Source of the DNA: Thelocarpon superellum
Taxonomy: Eukaryota
Assembly: GCA_026025795.1 (NCBI GenBank)
Contig: JAPEUG010000057.1
Span: 1 to 64,000, forward strand
Length of the DNA: 64,000 nt
Direction: 5' to 3'
The translations under genes and the position numbers were made by a program. This document shows positions 10,812 through 22,952 of the stretch, piece by piece; within the stretch, counting starts at the first letter, position 1; the number at the start of each line of letters is the position of its first letter. Under the pieces are notes generated by a model. The model made no database searches and was not told where the DNA came from. It saw nothing but the letters and a program-made list of their open reading frames with translations.

Positions 10812-12617
10812 CTACACCTCCCCCCACACGCCCAGTCCCGTCGTAGCCTGCCCGGCCTGTACACTCCCGCTGCCCACGCTGGTGCCAAGGTCCCAGTAGT
10901 GCCGACTGCTCCCGCTGCCGCGCGTGCGGCGGCCGAACTCGCCCTGGCTTGCGCAACTGCTGCTGGGACGCTTGGACCCGGCCACGGAGCTGGGCCGATA
11001 GAGAGACGGGCGGGCGCGGCGCTGCGTCTGCGCCTGCGCCTGTGCATGTGCATGTGCTGGCGCGTGTGGAGAAGAGACAGAGGCGGCACGGTGCTGCCGC
11101 GCCGTGAGCGGATGTTGTTGTCGGATCATGGCCGCCCGCGCGGCTGTAGATTCCGCGCTGGATGTGGCAACGGCGCCAGGAGATGCAGCGTGGTGTCCGT
11201 CGTCGATGTTGTGGTTGTTGCTGCGGCGGAAGCGGTTGCGGAGAAAGGAAAACACCATGCTCGCGTCCAGCTCCCGCTCCCAATACTCCCGCTCGAGCTT
11301 TAGTCGCTCGGCCTCAGAACGGGCGCGGGGGCGCGAGGAGGGGCCGGCAGCTGAGAGCGGCGTCTCGTCAATGCCCCAATGTGCGTCGTGCGTCGTGGGA
11401 TCTGTCGACTGCTGGGGGATCGTGGGCGAGAAGATGGGCCCGTCGGAGGTGTGGGCCGGGACGGTGGAGAGCGTCTTGGAGGCCCCCAAGGACGCTGTGC
11501 CCGTCGGCGTCGTGCGGCCTACGTACTCGGGCGCTTGCTGTACCCGCAGATATGTGGAGAAGGTGGCCGGGTGTTCCGCGAGCTGATGTACCAGAGATCC
11601 AAGTTCGCGTGCTAGACGCTCCAGTAATCGCTCTTCCCAGCTGGCCGTCATCGGGCTGGACGCCTGTAGGTCGTAATGTCCCGGATCTTCGGCGGGGCTT
11701 CGCGTTGTCGTCGGCTCGGCCTCGTCGACCAGCGTCTCGCCAAAGATGACGGAGAGAATGTTCTCGTCGATGCCGATCAGATCGCGAATCACGCGCCGGG
11801 TGAGGCGCTTCCAGAATGACTCCGTCTCATCCACCTCGGGTATGGCCGCGGCGGTCGCTTGGTCCTCTTGGGGCTCCGTGGTCTCACCGCCGGCGCGTGC
11901 GCGGTCTCGCACAATGCTCACGTCATGATCGCCGACGGTGGTCCGGCTCATGCGTCGTCGTCGCGTCTCCTTCTCAATCTCGTCCAGCAGGACACGGCTC
12001 TGCTCCATCCGCCACGCTTGAATACGCGATGTTCGCTCATCCACGGCTCGCCCGTCCAGGTCATGCTCCACGCCACGAAGAGCGCTTGATCGTCGCCGTC
12101 GTCGCTTGGGATTGAACTGCTCAAACTGGTAGAGATGTTCCTGCACCGGAGGGCTCGAGGCCGGAAAGGTGCCCAATCCATCGTGTGTCGGTAATACTGA
12201 CAACCCGCCGAGATCGCGCGGGGTGGGTTGGTCCACCGACGGGGCCCTGAAGGCATGGAGATGCGAGTCTAAACTGTCTAGATCCTCCTCATCCTCGTCG
12301 TCCTCGTACAGCGCCTCAGCCTCGAGGTCGAGTCCACGGTCATGAAGTTCGGAAAACGCCAGTCCCTCCCCATCGGCCGACTCTGATTGTCCGGCGCCGG
12401 TGTCGAGCGAGCCCACGTGGCTGAACCGCGACAGGCCGGCTGTGCGTGTCCGTGCGGTTGAAAGGGTGGTCGGAGTAGCCGAGGACGCGACGGGGGAGAA
12501 GAGGACCCATTCCTGGGATTCCTCCACCGGGCGCGGGACGTCGGGGACGAATCCGACCGGACCAGCGGAGGTCGTCTGTCGTGGAGGCGCCTGGTGAGTG
12601 GGTTGACGGAAGGCCAT
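10812..12617 (-). CDS. Hypothetical fungal protein of about 600 aa, largely low-complexity
   Basis: Long intronless ORF with ordered motifs EWVLFSP, LPTHDGLGTF, ESFWKRLTRRVIRDLIGID, EREYWERELD and a C-terminal YWDLG...WGEV. No function recognised. Confidence 0.8.
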   Translation of the reverse strand: MAFRQPTHQAPPRQTTSAGPVGFVPDVPRPVEESQEWVLFSPVASSATPTTLSTARTRTAGLSRFSHVGSLDTGAGQSESADGEGLAFSELHDRGLDLEAEALYEDDEDEEDLDSLDSHLHAFRAPSVDQPTPRDLGGLSVLPTHDGLGTFPASSPPVQEHLYQFEQFNPKRRRRRSSALRGVEHDLDGRAVDERTSRIQAWRMEQSRVLLDEIEKETRRRRMSRTTVGDHDVSIVRDRARAGGETTEPQEDQATAAAIPEVDETESFWKRLTRRVIRDLIGIDENILSVIFGETLVDEAEPTTTRSPAEDPGHYDLQASSPMTASWEERLLERLARELGSLVHQLAEHPATFSTYLRVQQAPEYVGRTTPTGTASLGASKTLSTVPAHTSDGPIFSPTIPQQSTDPTTHDAHWGIDETPLSAAGPSSRPRARSEAERLKLEREYWERELDASMVFSFLRNRFRRSNNHNIDDGHHAASPGAVATSSAESTAARAAMIRQQHPLTARQHRAASVSSPHAPAHAHAQAQAQTQRRARPSLYRPSSVAGSKRPSSSCASQGEFGRRTRGSGSSRHYWDLGTSVGSGSVQAGQATTGLGVWGEV

Positions 12618-13365
12618 CGTGGGGCCGGCGATACGCACTGGAGGAAGGATGACGGGTGAGGGATGACGAGGAAGGGAAAGGGAAAAAGGGAAGGCGGGAG
12701 AGCGCGCAGCGGCGGTGATGACGCGATGAGATGACGGATGGGAGATGATGCACGCGACAGCAGCTCCTCGTCCAGAGGGTGGAGGGCCAGCGAGGCTGCC
12801 ACCGAGTCAGGTGATGGAAGCAACGATGATGGGGCGCAGGTACAGATTGGGTGGGATCTGTTGGGGATGGAGACGAGTCTGGTGATACGCCGGGCGACCT
12901 CCCACTACTCCAGCACCAGTCCTGATAGTGGATGGCGACCGGTACGGACCGGAGGGCTCCCTCTATCTGCGCTCGCTATCTCAGAGATTACGCCCGTGTT
13001 GGCCTAGGCGAGAGGCTACCGAGCTCAATGCATGACCGCCTCGCCAAACCCCTTTCGGCTAAATCCCTGTCGCGCCATCGCGTCGCCCGGGTCGCGCACG
13101 TCAGAATCGGCCGATCTCGGAGGAGCAAGGAGGATTGAGGATTCAAGTCAACACCGACGCCGACATTCACCATCGCAACTGTGTGGTACGTGTATGCTGT
13201 CTCGCACCATTATTCGAGCGTCAAAGTCTGATCCTTCGTGGGAGATGTCTTCTCAAATCACGTCACTTCTGTGCCCTATTGTCCTCGCACCACCGCTTGC
13301 TTTGCTGCCGTACTTGAAACCCATTCTGGTCGGCCCATGTCCGTCTGGCAGGCCTTCTGGACTCA

Positions 13366-13750
13366 CGCTACTCTGCACCTCCCGTCCGCGAGGATAGACC
13401 TGGACGGGAGCGTGGCCTTTCCCGCGGCAAACCCGGTCTGTTTGAAGAGCCCGGTCTCCTTCAGCATCAGCTATTGTCCTCCGTTCTCGCCAGCTTGGCT
13501 CAGGGTAGCGTTGGTCCAGTCCTGGGAAGGGTGGGGGCTGGATGCGTTGTAGGTCACCAGGATACTGTCGTTGCTCGTCACGTAGATGGTCCGCGGGTCA
13601 AAGGGCACGCTCGCACCTTCGCCCACGCAGATTTGCTCGGCCGACTCGTAGGCGGTCGACGCGAGACAGGCCACCGGCGGCGCATCGCCCGTCAGGCCCA
13701 AGTGCGATACGATTACGGTAAAGGACACCAGCAACAGTAAGTCAGATCTA
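13366..13750 (-). pseudogene. Probable degraded gene fragment or orphan exon related to the C-terminal domain of 7929..10631
   Basis: Frame lacks an ATG and follows a possible acceptor (ttgac...catag). It contains PVACLASTAYESAEQICVGEG, with the same Cys/Gly spacing as PWVCLFSDINLQGDAACFGPG. TAG at 13471 is followed by about 35 more open codons. Confidence 0.35.
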
Positions 13751-14199
13751 TGCGAGATGCGTCAACATGCCATCCGACTTCCGTCTGCACCATCGGGCTC
13801 ATTGCAAGTGTGGATCTCTCATGCTCAACGTCGCTTCGTTGGGACGATGGACGATGCTACACTTGCCCCTCTGCAGATCAGAGTTGAGCTAGATATGGCC
13901 TCTAACTTGTCGGGCGACAGGTATATGAGATGTTTGGAGCCGAGCTGCAGTCCCGGTAGAGGAGGCATCAGCTCGTCGAAACGCGAGGGATGCAACCTAT
14001 CGCGGTGGTTGGACACTGCGTCTCATGCGTCGGATACGTGATAAATGTGTCAAACAGATAAAGATGCAGGACCTGCACCACCACCACACATCCTTGGAAT
14101 GATGGCGACAGGGGCTCTGAATCTGATGCGAGCATAGAGCTCGGTGATTGAGCTCCGTCCGATCCGCCATCTATGGTAGTGTTGTATGGTATGTTACAT

Positions 14200-15568
14200 C
14201 TACAGCTCATCCTTGCCCGACGATGGCCCGCCCGACCCCGCCAACGGCCGCCCGCTATCCGTGCCGAGATCCACTCCGGTTTTCTTGCGCCATCGATCCC
14301 ATACCCCCCAAAATTCTTGCTCCATCTTCGTCTCCATCTGGTCGGGGAGCACGACAAAGTATTCCACTCGGAGCGTGCCGTATTCGTCGGGGTGGTCCTC
14401 ATGGTCGTCGTGCCAGACGGGCATGCCCTCGCCCGGAAGGACCTCCACGGCATTCGGCTGGACGACCTCGCCCCGTTTGCGCGACAAGTGGACGGTGTGC
14501 CCGTCGAGGTGCGTGAGGTTCCGCGTCCAGTCGCCGAGCCAGGCCTCTCGGAGGCTCAGCACCTCCTTCCAGAAGAGATCCGGGCCCTTGCGGCGGAAAA
14601 AGGTGCCGTCGCGTCGTTGCTCCTCGTCCTGGCCCAGCTCGGGCGCCTTCTCCATCAACTGCACGATCAGATCCCCCGCCACCCAGTCCGGACTCTCGTC
14701 CGCCTCGTTCTCGTAGGTGATGCGGGCGCCCTTGGGCATCCCGCGCTGCACGTGCAAGCTGTGCGTGGCCTGCTTGCTCACGACCTTGGAGCCGCCGCAC
14801 ACCTTGCACGGATGTTTGATCGTGTTGCCCCTTCCGCCACACACGTTGCATGGACTCTGCATCTGCTGGAAGATGCCCGGGGCCAGCATGTGCTTCTGGA
14901 TCACCATCCCCTGGCCGCCACAGTGAGAGCACGTTTCGACCGCGCCATCGGCGCTGCCGGACCCCTCGCATTCCTCGCAGATCATCTGCTTCTGCATGTT
15001 GAATTCGTGCTCGTTACCGTTGTAGAAGTCGCGCAGCGGTAACTCGATCCGGACCTCCATGTTTTGGCCGCGTCGCTGGCCGCCGCCGTGCCCAAAGTGG
15101 CCGCCGCCGCCGAAGAAGCGGGAGAAGAGGTCAAAGGGATCGTGATGGTGTCCCGCGCCGCCTCCCTTCTTGTGCTGCTCCACCCCATCGTGTCCGTACT
15201 GGTCGTAGATCTTCCGCGTCTCCTTGTCGTAGAGCGCCTCGTATGCTTCGGACACCTCGACGAACTTCTTCAGCACCGACTCGTCGCCTCTGTCCTCCCT
15301 TCGTCAGCGGGAGATGAGGCCCAGCATGGAGAGCGACCCACGGGTTCTTATCTGGATGGTACTTCTTGCTCAAGGTCCGATAGGCACGTTTAATGTCTCG
15401 CTCCGACGCCTGTCGGTCTAATCCCAAAAGCTGCGCAACCGTCAGCGACAGATACCACGTCCGAGAGGTCTGCGAGAGGTCCATGACCACTGGACGTACC
15501 TTATAATAGTCTTCAGCGCATATTACAAAGGATACCAACGAAAGTAACAGCGCCGGAAGCAGTAACAT
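14200..15568 (-). CDS. SCJ1: ER-lumenal DnaJ/Hsp40 (Scj1-like)
   Basis: Signal peptide, J-domain with HPD, four CxxCxGxG zinc-finger repeats, C-terminal KDEL; two short introns near the 5' end. Confidence 0.92.
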
Positions 15569-16075
15569 CCTGGAAGTTTGCCGGCCGCGAGGCCAGACCA
15601 GCCCGACAATGACTGGACGCCCTAAGCCCCAGGCGGAGGCGGATGATCGAGAGAATGACGAGGAGAAGAGGGAGGAGGTTAGTCGGTGCTGAATCGAAGG
15701 TCGAACATGGCGTCGATAAGGTCATGGTATCATTCGCTTCACGATATTTGGACACCTGGCCCCAGCTACCACCGCAACCTGCACTAGCCACCTCCCGCGG
15801 CGCACGCTACTCGACCCGACCCGAATACTCATACGACACGCGCACTGGTCGAAGGAGTAGTCCTACGCGGATTGCCGAATCTTGGCCAAGGGAACAAGGA
15901 CTCTGGACAATCGCGGGAACTCCGCAAAATCCGTGTACCCGTCTGTACATGACTGAGGGCCGCCGTGGACCGGTGCGAGCACTGTCCTCCGAGTCTAATC
16001 CGTCTAACGCAAGTCACGAGTAATGATGCCTTCTTCCGCATGATCTGACATGCAAGCCATCTAGCCCAGCAACTT

Positions 16076-16453
16076 TTACAGCTTGGGCTTCTCCTGCACT
16101 GTCCCAATTTTCAACTTGTCCGCATACTTCTTGAGCACGCCCTCGTTGTGGTACTGTCCGTCGGGCACAATCAACCTCAAGCACGGCGGGGTTCAATCGA
16201 GGAGCGTGGCTAACCTTCCAGAACTGCTTGGTCGCGTCCTTGCCTCCTTGCCGCTTCAAGATCTTGGCGCCTCCAGGGTGTTCGTCGATGAAGCCTAGAT
16301 GAGTCGGGACATCCGTGAGCCTCGTCAACACACCCCAATGTGTCGCGACGACGTACCAGTCACATCGTAGACGCCGTCCTCGATGATGATGTAGATGCCC
16401 TGCTCCGCCGTCGTATGCTGGGCCACCTCGGCCGTCGACATGGACTTGCTCAT
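16076..16453 (-). CDS. Small soluble cytochrome b5-like heme-binding protein
   Basis: Three exons splice to ...IIIEDGVYDVTGFIDEHPGGAKIL...GKDATKQFWKYH..., containing the HPGG heme motif. Confidence 0.92.
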
Positions 16454-16838
16454 GGTGACTCGGGCGCCCGCTTGGTGTTGGTCGCAAAAAAAGAAATTTC
16501 CGAATTTGAGAAACGAATAACAGTCTTCTGTGACGAAACGCACGACGGGCACGATCGTTCTACGCTCCAGAGACGAGATAAATGGGGCGGAAGATGGGAC
16601 GGAAGCCTTGGTGGCGAGAGATTCAATGTCGATCGCCCTGAGCCGAGGTTGAACACGGCCCAGGTAGGCAGGAGGGTCTATACCCACGCCATGCTCTCAA
16701 CCCCTCCAAAATTCATTCCAGACGGCACCCAGTTCAAGATGGCTCAAATGGATTCATGATGTTCTTTACGTCTTGGCTAGAGAAAACATGCACCCATCCG
16801 ACGGACTGTGGCCATCCCTTCGCCCGTCGCGCGTCGAC

Positions 16839-17798
16839 TCACGCCGCCGACTCAAAGGCATCGGGGAATCTCTTCATGTTCTCCTCGATGCTGCCGTGGT
16901 TCGAGAGAAATTGCACGTAGGCTCCGTCCACCTTGACCCGTCCACCCGCACGCTTCTCCATGTATTCCTCTCGTCGGAGCGGGGTGAACCCCCAGTTCTT
17001 CGAGACGATGATCTTTTGGCGGCCCGGGAACTTGTACTGCGATCGTCGGAGCGCCTCGAGCGCCGTCGCGCGGTCTGCAGCGAAGGGGTTAGAGTCAGCT
17101 GGTCCTGACGCACGTCATCGGAGCAGAGACACCCACGAGTATCACGAGTTCGCACACTCAAGATGATTTGGCCAATGTTGACCCGCGCCACGGTGCCGTT
17201 GGGCTTCCCCCACGCACCCCGCATCCCCGTCTGCAGTCGATCCGCCCCAGCGCACGACAACATCTTGTTGATGCGGACGACATGGTAGGGATGAGCACGG
17301 ACACGTAGGTGGAAACCCTCCTTGCCGGCAACTTTGACCAGGTATCTTGATATCGGTCAGGGACACGATCTCGTCGGGGCCCCTCTCGGCGATCGCGGGG
17401 CACCTACTTGTTCGCGCAGATACGAGCCGCTTCTAGGGCCTCGGAGCTCAACTGCTCATATTCGTTCGATACGAGATGAATGCACAAGGGGAACTCGTCG
17501 ACATTGGCGCGCTTCCGGCCAAGATCGAAGATGCGGATCTTGGGATCAGGGACACCACGGTTGAATCGTGACTTGGGGTATGGCTAATAAAGCAGGAGCG
17601 TCAGTCAATCATTCTCCAGCAGTCTCGGTGATACAAGTTTGGCAGTCTCGTCTCGACTCTCCACCTGCGCGATAGAGGATCGTTGACGATAGAGGGCCGA
17701 CAGAATTGTGGCTTCACGTCGCGACTTGGACGGTCATCTCACATCCAGCATACCTTGTTCTTGCAATACCGGTAACATCTCGCCGGGCGTCGTGCCAT
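16839..17798 (-). CDS. RPL10: 60S ribosomal protein L10 (uL16)
   Basis: [37 protein letters not shown]...[21 protein letters not shown]; three introns. Confidence 0.98.
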
Positions 17799-17962
17799 CG
17801 TGAGATCCTTGATGAGCGTGAAGTGGTGGATGATGTTGGATGCTCTATCGCGTCGCTGGATTTCGGAGGTGGCAATGAAGAGGGCCCTCGATTTCTAAGC
17901 GCTCTAGTGGCGTTCCCGCTTATCAATCTGCAGTCCCACCAAGCCCGAGTCATCCACTTTTC

Positions 17963-17984
17963 TTAGGGTTAGACGACTGACTCA
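17963..17984. promoter_or_regulatory. TTAGGGTTAG box plus TGACTCA (Gcn4/AP-1-type) site upstream of RPL10
   Basis: Motifs seen 165-185 bp upstream of the ATG; the same two motifs occur upstream of RPL30. Confidence 0.45.
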
Positions 17985-18223
17985 GCTATGTGCGGCGGCA
18001 CGACTTCGAAAGATCATTTCTGCTTGCGCCCCCTCCCGTTGTTTTCAGAGGAGATGGAGAGAGGAAACTGGGATGGATTCCCACACTCCGTATCCTTAGT
18101 CGAGGCACGACGATTCTACGCAGTCACAGCGGGGAGACGGAAGTGAGAGTTCTTTGATCTAGAGAACATCCAGACGCACTGTACAGCGTACCAGCCCATG
18201 CACCGTCCGCTCAACCCGTTGGC

Positions 18224-18754
18224 CTATGAGACCGTGCCGGTCAAGATATCCGAATCGCCCGCGTCCAAGATGGCCATGGTGGAGCATCGGAAGAGCTTTC
18301 CACATGCCGTTCCCAATTCAATCTACAGCGGGCAGGTGTTAGCAGATGACGGTTACCCTCCAAAGTCTTGCAGGAAGACTTCATCGCTGGGTAGGCCCTG
18401 TAGATGCAAGATCTGGTCGTTGGGCCGCAAGCAACGCAACGCGGGGATGCGCTCACATTGTTCCCCGAGAAGTGGTGGACGTTGGTTTTGGATAACATGG
18501 AATAGTATTCCAGCTCACTTTTCCGCAATGGGGGCGTGTTGCCGGCGATGATGACGAGCTTGGCTTTGCCGGAGCGGAGGGTCTTGAGGGTCGATTTATA
18601 TCCCAGGGTGACTGGTGAGAGGGAATCAGCAAGGGTAAGATGCGAGACCTTCTCCAGGCGACCATGGATGCCGACCTTTTCCGGACTTCATCACGAGTGC
18701 CAATCTTGAGTTGATGGAGTCCGCAGTCTTCTTGGTCTTCTTGGTGGGCGCCAT
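18224..18754 (-). CDS. RPL30: 60S ribosomal protein L30 (eL30)
   Basis: [63 protein letters not shown]...|[12 protein letters not shown]; two introns. Confidence 0.98.
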
Positions 18755-19822
18755 TGCTGCGGGGAGGACAATGGCCGGAGGGAGATGGGTGTGGTGGCGA
18801 TGGGTGATGAATGGAACGAAGCAGCACGAAATCGCAGCGGTCGCTAGCGGTAATAGTGTGAGTTGCTCAGGGCTCACAACCCTTGCCGGGCTCGCCAAGC
18901 GGCGGTCGGCTCACGTTGGTCTCACCCAAGCCTGGCCTCATTTGATTGGCTAACCCTACAGAAACTGTCACATGGCGGACGGCGCACACGTACACGTACG
19001 ACCACGGACCAGTCTGTGACCACCGATACCGTACGTTCCGGGTACAGAGTGGCTCTTGATATGCGAAGATCAACATTACCACGAGATATACGTGCATCCA
19101 TTGCTCTGGTCATCCGTGCGCGTACAGTGTATCCTTTGTACCTACAAAACGCTTGGGCACATTGACTCAGTCGGGTATCTGGGAGTTCTCGTTAAGTAGG
19201 TGCCTCCGGCATGGAAAATGCAGGCTGTCTTACAGTTGGGGCCTTCATTGCTGGACCAGGTGTGGGGAGCGATAAGCACCTGCCCTCCCCACCGCGAGCG
19301 CAAAGGCCACCCCATAGGAAGTCCACCGCTGTGCGTGGTAACATAGCTGGATGGACAAGGTCAGCGGTCGTAGGCTCGCTTCGCCTGCGCGCTCCTCGAG
19401 TCGTTCACAGCGTGGTAGTGCTATGGTACTTTTAGTAGCTCGGTGGCTCAGTAGCTCGGTCGTTCGGTCGTTCGGTCGTTCAGCAGCACTTTAGGGAGGA
19501 CTTCCGTAGGTCCATCGACCTGACCCTCGTCCGTCGTCTATCCACATGCGGCGTCGTCGAAGCTCGCAGATGTTTCTGGTCATGTCCTGTCCCTTGCATT
19601 GGTGATCCTTGGACAGATCTCTTGCAGTGTGCATCACGGGTCCTCGGGTCTGTCGCTCATCCGGCCCGTGCGTCGAGAGCACCCTTCCGCGCCGACGTGA
19701 TCGAAGGATCACTACCTGAAGGGGCCAACGGAATTACACCTTATGCACCCTGCCAGCACGCATCGTCGTCGTCCGGCCGATTCACCATTCACACTCACGG
19801 CTCTCCAACTTCTTTGCAAGTG

Positions 19823-22175
19823 ATGTCGACGACCGCCAAGAAGCTCCCCGCGTCGAGTAGTGGCACCCCGCGGCCATCCAATGCCTCCAGCCCCGCGCCG
19901 CGCGCACCGTCACGACCATCAACGCCTTCGACGCTTTCCAACAATGGACTCGCGAGGTCGCGATCCGTGCGGGGGAGCACTTCAGGGACGCCTTTGTCCG
20001 CTAAGGCGGCCGCCAAACGACCTGGCACAGGCACGCCCAGCTTGAGCACGGCTGGGAACGGGGCGGAGGGATGGTCGGAGGTCGACGCCGATGACGCCAG
20101 AGCCCAGACGGCGGCCGTCATTGACGATCTGAAGACGCGGCTGCAGAGTGCCGAACTCGCGTCAGAGGAGCTGAAGAAGCATCTCGCTGTGTGCCAATCG
20201 CGCCTCGACGAGGCCCTGGCCGAGCAGGGCAAGCTCGAGGATCGTCTACACGACAAGGATGGCAAGATTGAGAGCCTGGCGTCGGAAAAGAGAGAGCTGG
20301 CCAAGCAACGGCGTGAGACGGAGCGGATCTACGAAGCCGAGCGAGTCAGTATGATGCAGGAGCGCCATGAGATGAGCCGTCGCGAGGAGGAACTTGTCGA
20401 GGGGGCCAATCGACTCAAGGACAAACTGGCCCATCGAGACCTTCGCGACAGCGACGACGGACACCGGCTACTGAAAAACGGTACGCTGGCCCCAAGGCAT
20501 GATCAAGAACGATGCTGATGATTGGACAGATGACGCCCTTTCCGCCTTGGAAGGCAACCACTTCGCCCCGCCCGCCAGTCCACCCCTGAACGCAGCGAGG
20601 CACGTACCCGACATCGAGACACAAGCGCAGATCATCGAATCGCTGCGGCTAGAAGTAGCAGATGCGCATATCAAGCTGCTCGAGTCAGAGAACATGGGTG
20701 GGGGCCGAGTGCAGGAGCTGGAGCGTGTCCTGCTAGAGACCCGCATGACCAACGCCCGTCTCATGGAGGACAACGAGAGCTTCCAGCTACTGCTCAGCGA
20801 GAAGACGCTGAACGGAGACTTTAGCAAGGGCGACCTGATGCAGCGCTCCCTGAGCCCCGAGGTCCCCGAGGAGAACGCGTCGCCCGACCGCGGGTTTGGG
20901 GCCAGTCTGGCGGACGAACTGGAGTCGGCCGACGAACACGAGACAGACAACTACCGCCGACTGGAAGGCGAAGTCAAAGCGGCCAAGGACCAGAACAAGG
21001 CCTTGACGCTGTACATCAACAACATCATCGAGCGACTGCTCCAGCACAAAGAGTTTGAAGCCATCCTGGACAAGACGGGGAATCTCCTTGCAGGGCCCGG
21101 TGCCGCCAGCCGCCGCCGCAGCCAGGGCGGCAACACGGACAAAGACCTGCCGCCACCACCACCGCCCGAGGCGTCGGGGCAGTCTGTGCTGCAACGAGCC
21201 AAGTCGGTCGCCATGAGCGGGAACAGGTCTCGGCCGCGTCCGCTTAGCACCATGGGACCCCCCAGCCGGATCCTGTCACCCACGGATGATCTCTCCACGG
21301 CGCCCCGCATCCCACTGGGCCGCTCGCAATCGGTCCGAGGCGGCGCGCCCCGCCGCTTCAGCTCGGACCTGTCCAACCCCGCCCAGGTAGTCGGGCAGAT
21401 GTACCGCGGCCAAGGCAGCGGATCACGGCCCATGAGCCCCGGCACGCCCTCGACGCGTCCCAGCATGTTTTCGCCGCCGCTGCACCAAGGGAACCCCAAT
21501 GCCGCGGCGCGCATCCCGTCCGGCTCACGGCCCATGACCAGCGAACGACGCGACTCTCGCGGCGCGCTCAGCCCGCACGGCGACGACCACCACGACGGCA
21601 GCAACGGCCTGCCCTCGCCGCCGCAAACCTCAGGCACACAATCCTCGTCCTCGGCCTCCATCGCAGGCAACAAGCTGCGCCCGCTCCGCCTCGTGCAAGC
21701 CACCACGGAAGAGGCGCCGCCTGAGCGAGGCCGTCTAGGGGACATTACGAATTACTTCTCCTCGGGCGGTGCCGCCTTTACCTCTACATCCAGTGACTCG
21801 GACGCCGTGAAGAAAGCGAAGCGAGGGAGCTGGATGGGCTGGTTCAACAAGGGCGCGGGGGGCGGCAATCCCGGCAGCGAGAGTGGTGCCTCGAACACGC
21901 CTCCGGCGACCAATACGACGACGACGACGATGAAAGGCGGCGATTTCTTCTCCAAGTTCAACGTCAACAGCGCCGGTCTCGCATCCAGCATGACTGGGAC
22001 AGGCTCTGGTTCCAGCTCCACTGCGCCTATTACGCCCAACCACGCTCATATCCCAAATCCTCCTATCAGCACCACCACACCCACCGCGAGCGCCACCAAT
22101 CCCAGTCCCAGTCCCAGTCCCAGTACCGGCGCCGAGGCAGAACCGAATGCGAATCAGGGTTTGAGCGAGGAATAG
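19823..22175 (+). CDS. Coiled-coil protein with a possible Rab11-FIP-like motif (NKALTLYINNIIERLL)
   Basis: Two long ORFs joined in phase by intron 20481-20529; heptad-rich E/K/R/L segments flanked by Ser/Pro-rich disordered regions. Confidence 0.8.
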
Positions 22176-22249
22176 CCCGACCGCTCCTATCATTGGAATT
22201 GGAATGGAATTGGATTATGGAGCGGAGAGTTGTCTCCAAGACATTCTCT

Positions 22250-22289
22250 GTCGTGTCGTGTCGTGTCGTGTCGTGTCGTGCGTGTCGTG
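22250..22289. repeat. (TCGTG)n pentanucleotide microsatellite
   Basis: Six or more tandem units downstream of the coiled-coil gene; further degenerate pentamer runs (GGAAT, GGGAC, GGATA) nearby. Confidence 0.85.
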
Positions 22290-22952
22290 ATATGCGAAAT
22301 AGATACGTCTGCGACCCGCTCCCTACATTTGTGAACAGGAGGATGGCGATATGGACTAGAGGGATAGGATAGGAAAGGACAGGATGGGACGGGACGGGAT
22401 AGGGAAAGGAACACGGACGTACATACTCCATCAGGCCGTCCGTCATCTCTCTTCATTGTTCATAGACTCCCCTTTTCCTTCCTTCAAACAATCAATGCAT
22501 CTGTTACGTATGGAACTGGGGACGAGACTTGGCGATTCAGAAACAAGCGTGCACATGTAGTAGTCGTGTTTTCTCTCATCGCCACCTCAAGTTGTATAGT
22601 GTGTATCCGGGCCTAGACCTTGGGGGTGGACGAGCGTCGTCCTTCGTCCTTCGTCCTCCGTCACGTCCTCCACCCATCCATCCGTAGCGTATCATATCGT
22701 ATCGTACGTCATCTCAGTCTTCGCCGGTCCCCCCGTGCCTGTTTCCTTCCATCCCCTGTCCTCCAAGTCCATCCATGTGTGCCAACCTAGGAAGATCATC
22801 CTGTCGAAAAGCCAAAAAGCAAACCAAAAACGAAAAGATGAAATGTGAGAAATATAGGCGATGGCTCAGAGTGGAGTGTACTCCAACAAAACTCTCAACA
22901 AGATTGTTTCAGAATGCCACACTTGCTCGTTGGCACGGTCGGTCCTCTCCGG

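Noticed and set aside
17584..17752. Longer first intron of RPL10 as a possible snoRNA host
   Set aside because: No clear C/D boxes (RTGATGA...CTGA with terminal stem) or H/ACA structure seen.
19434..19485. Short direct repeats (AGTAGCTCGGT x2, CGGTCGTT x3) with a tRNA-like TAGCTC start
   Set aside because: No cloverleaf or T-loop, and no repeat-spacer structure, so neither tRNA nor CRISPR.
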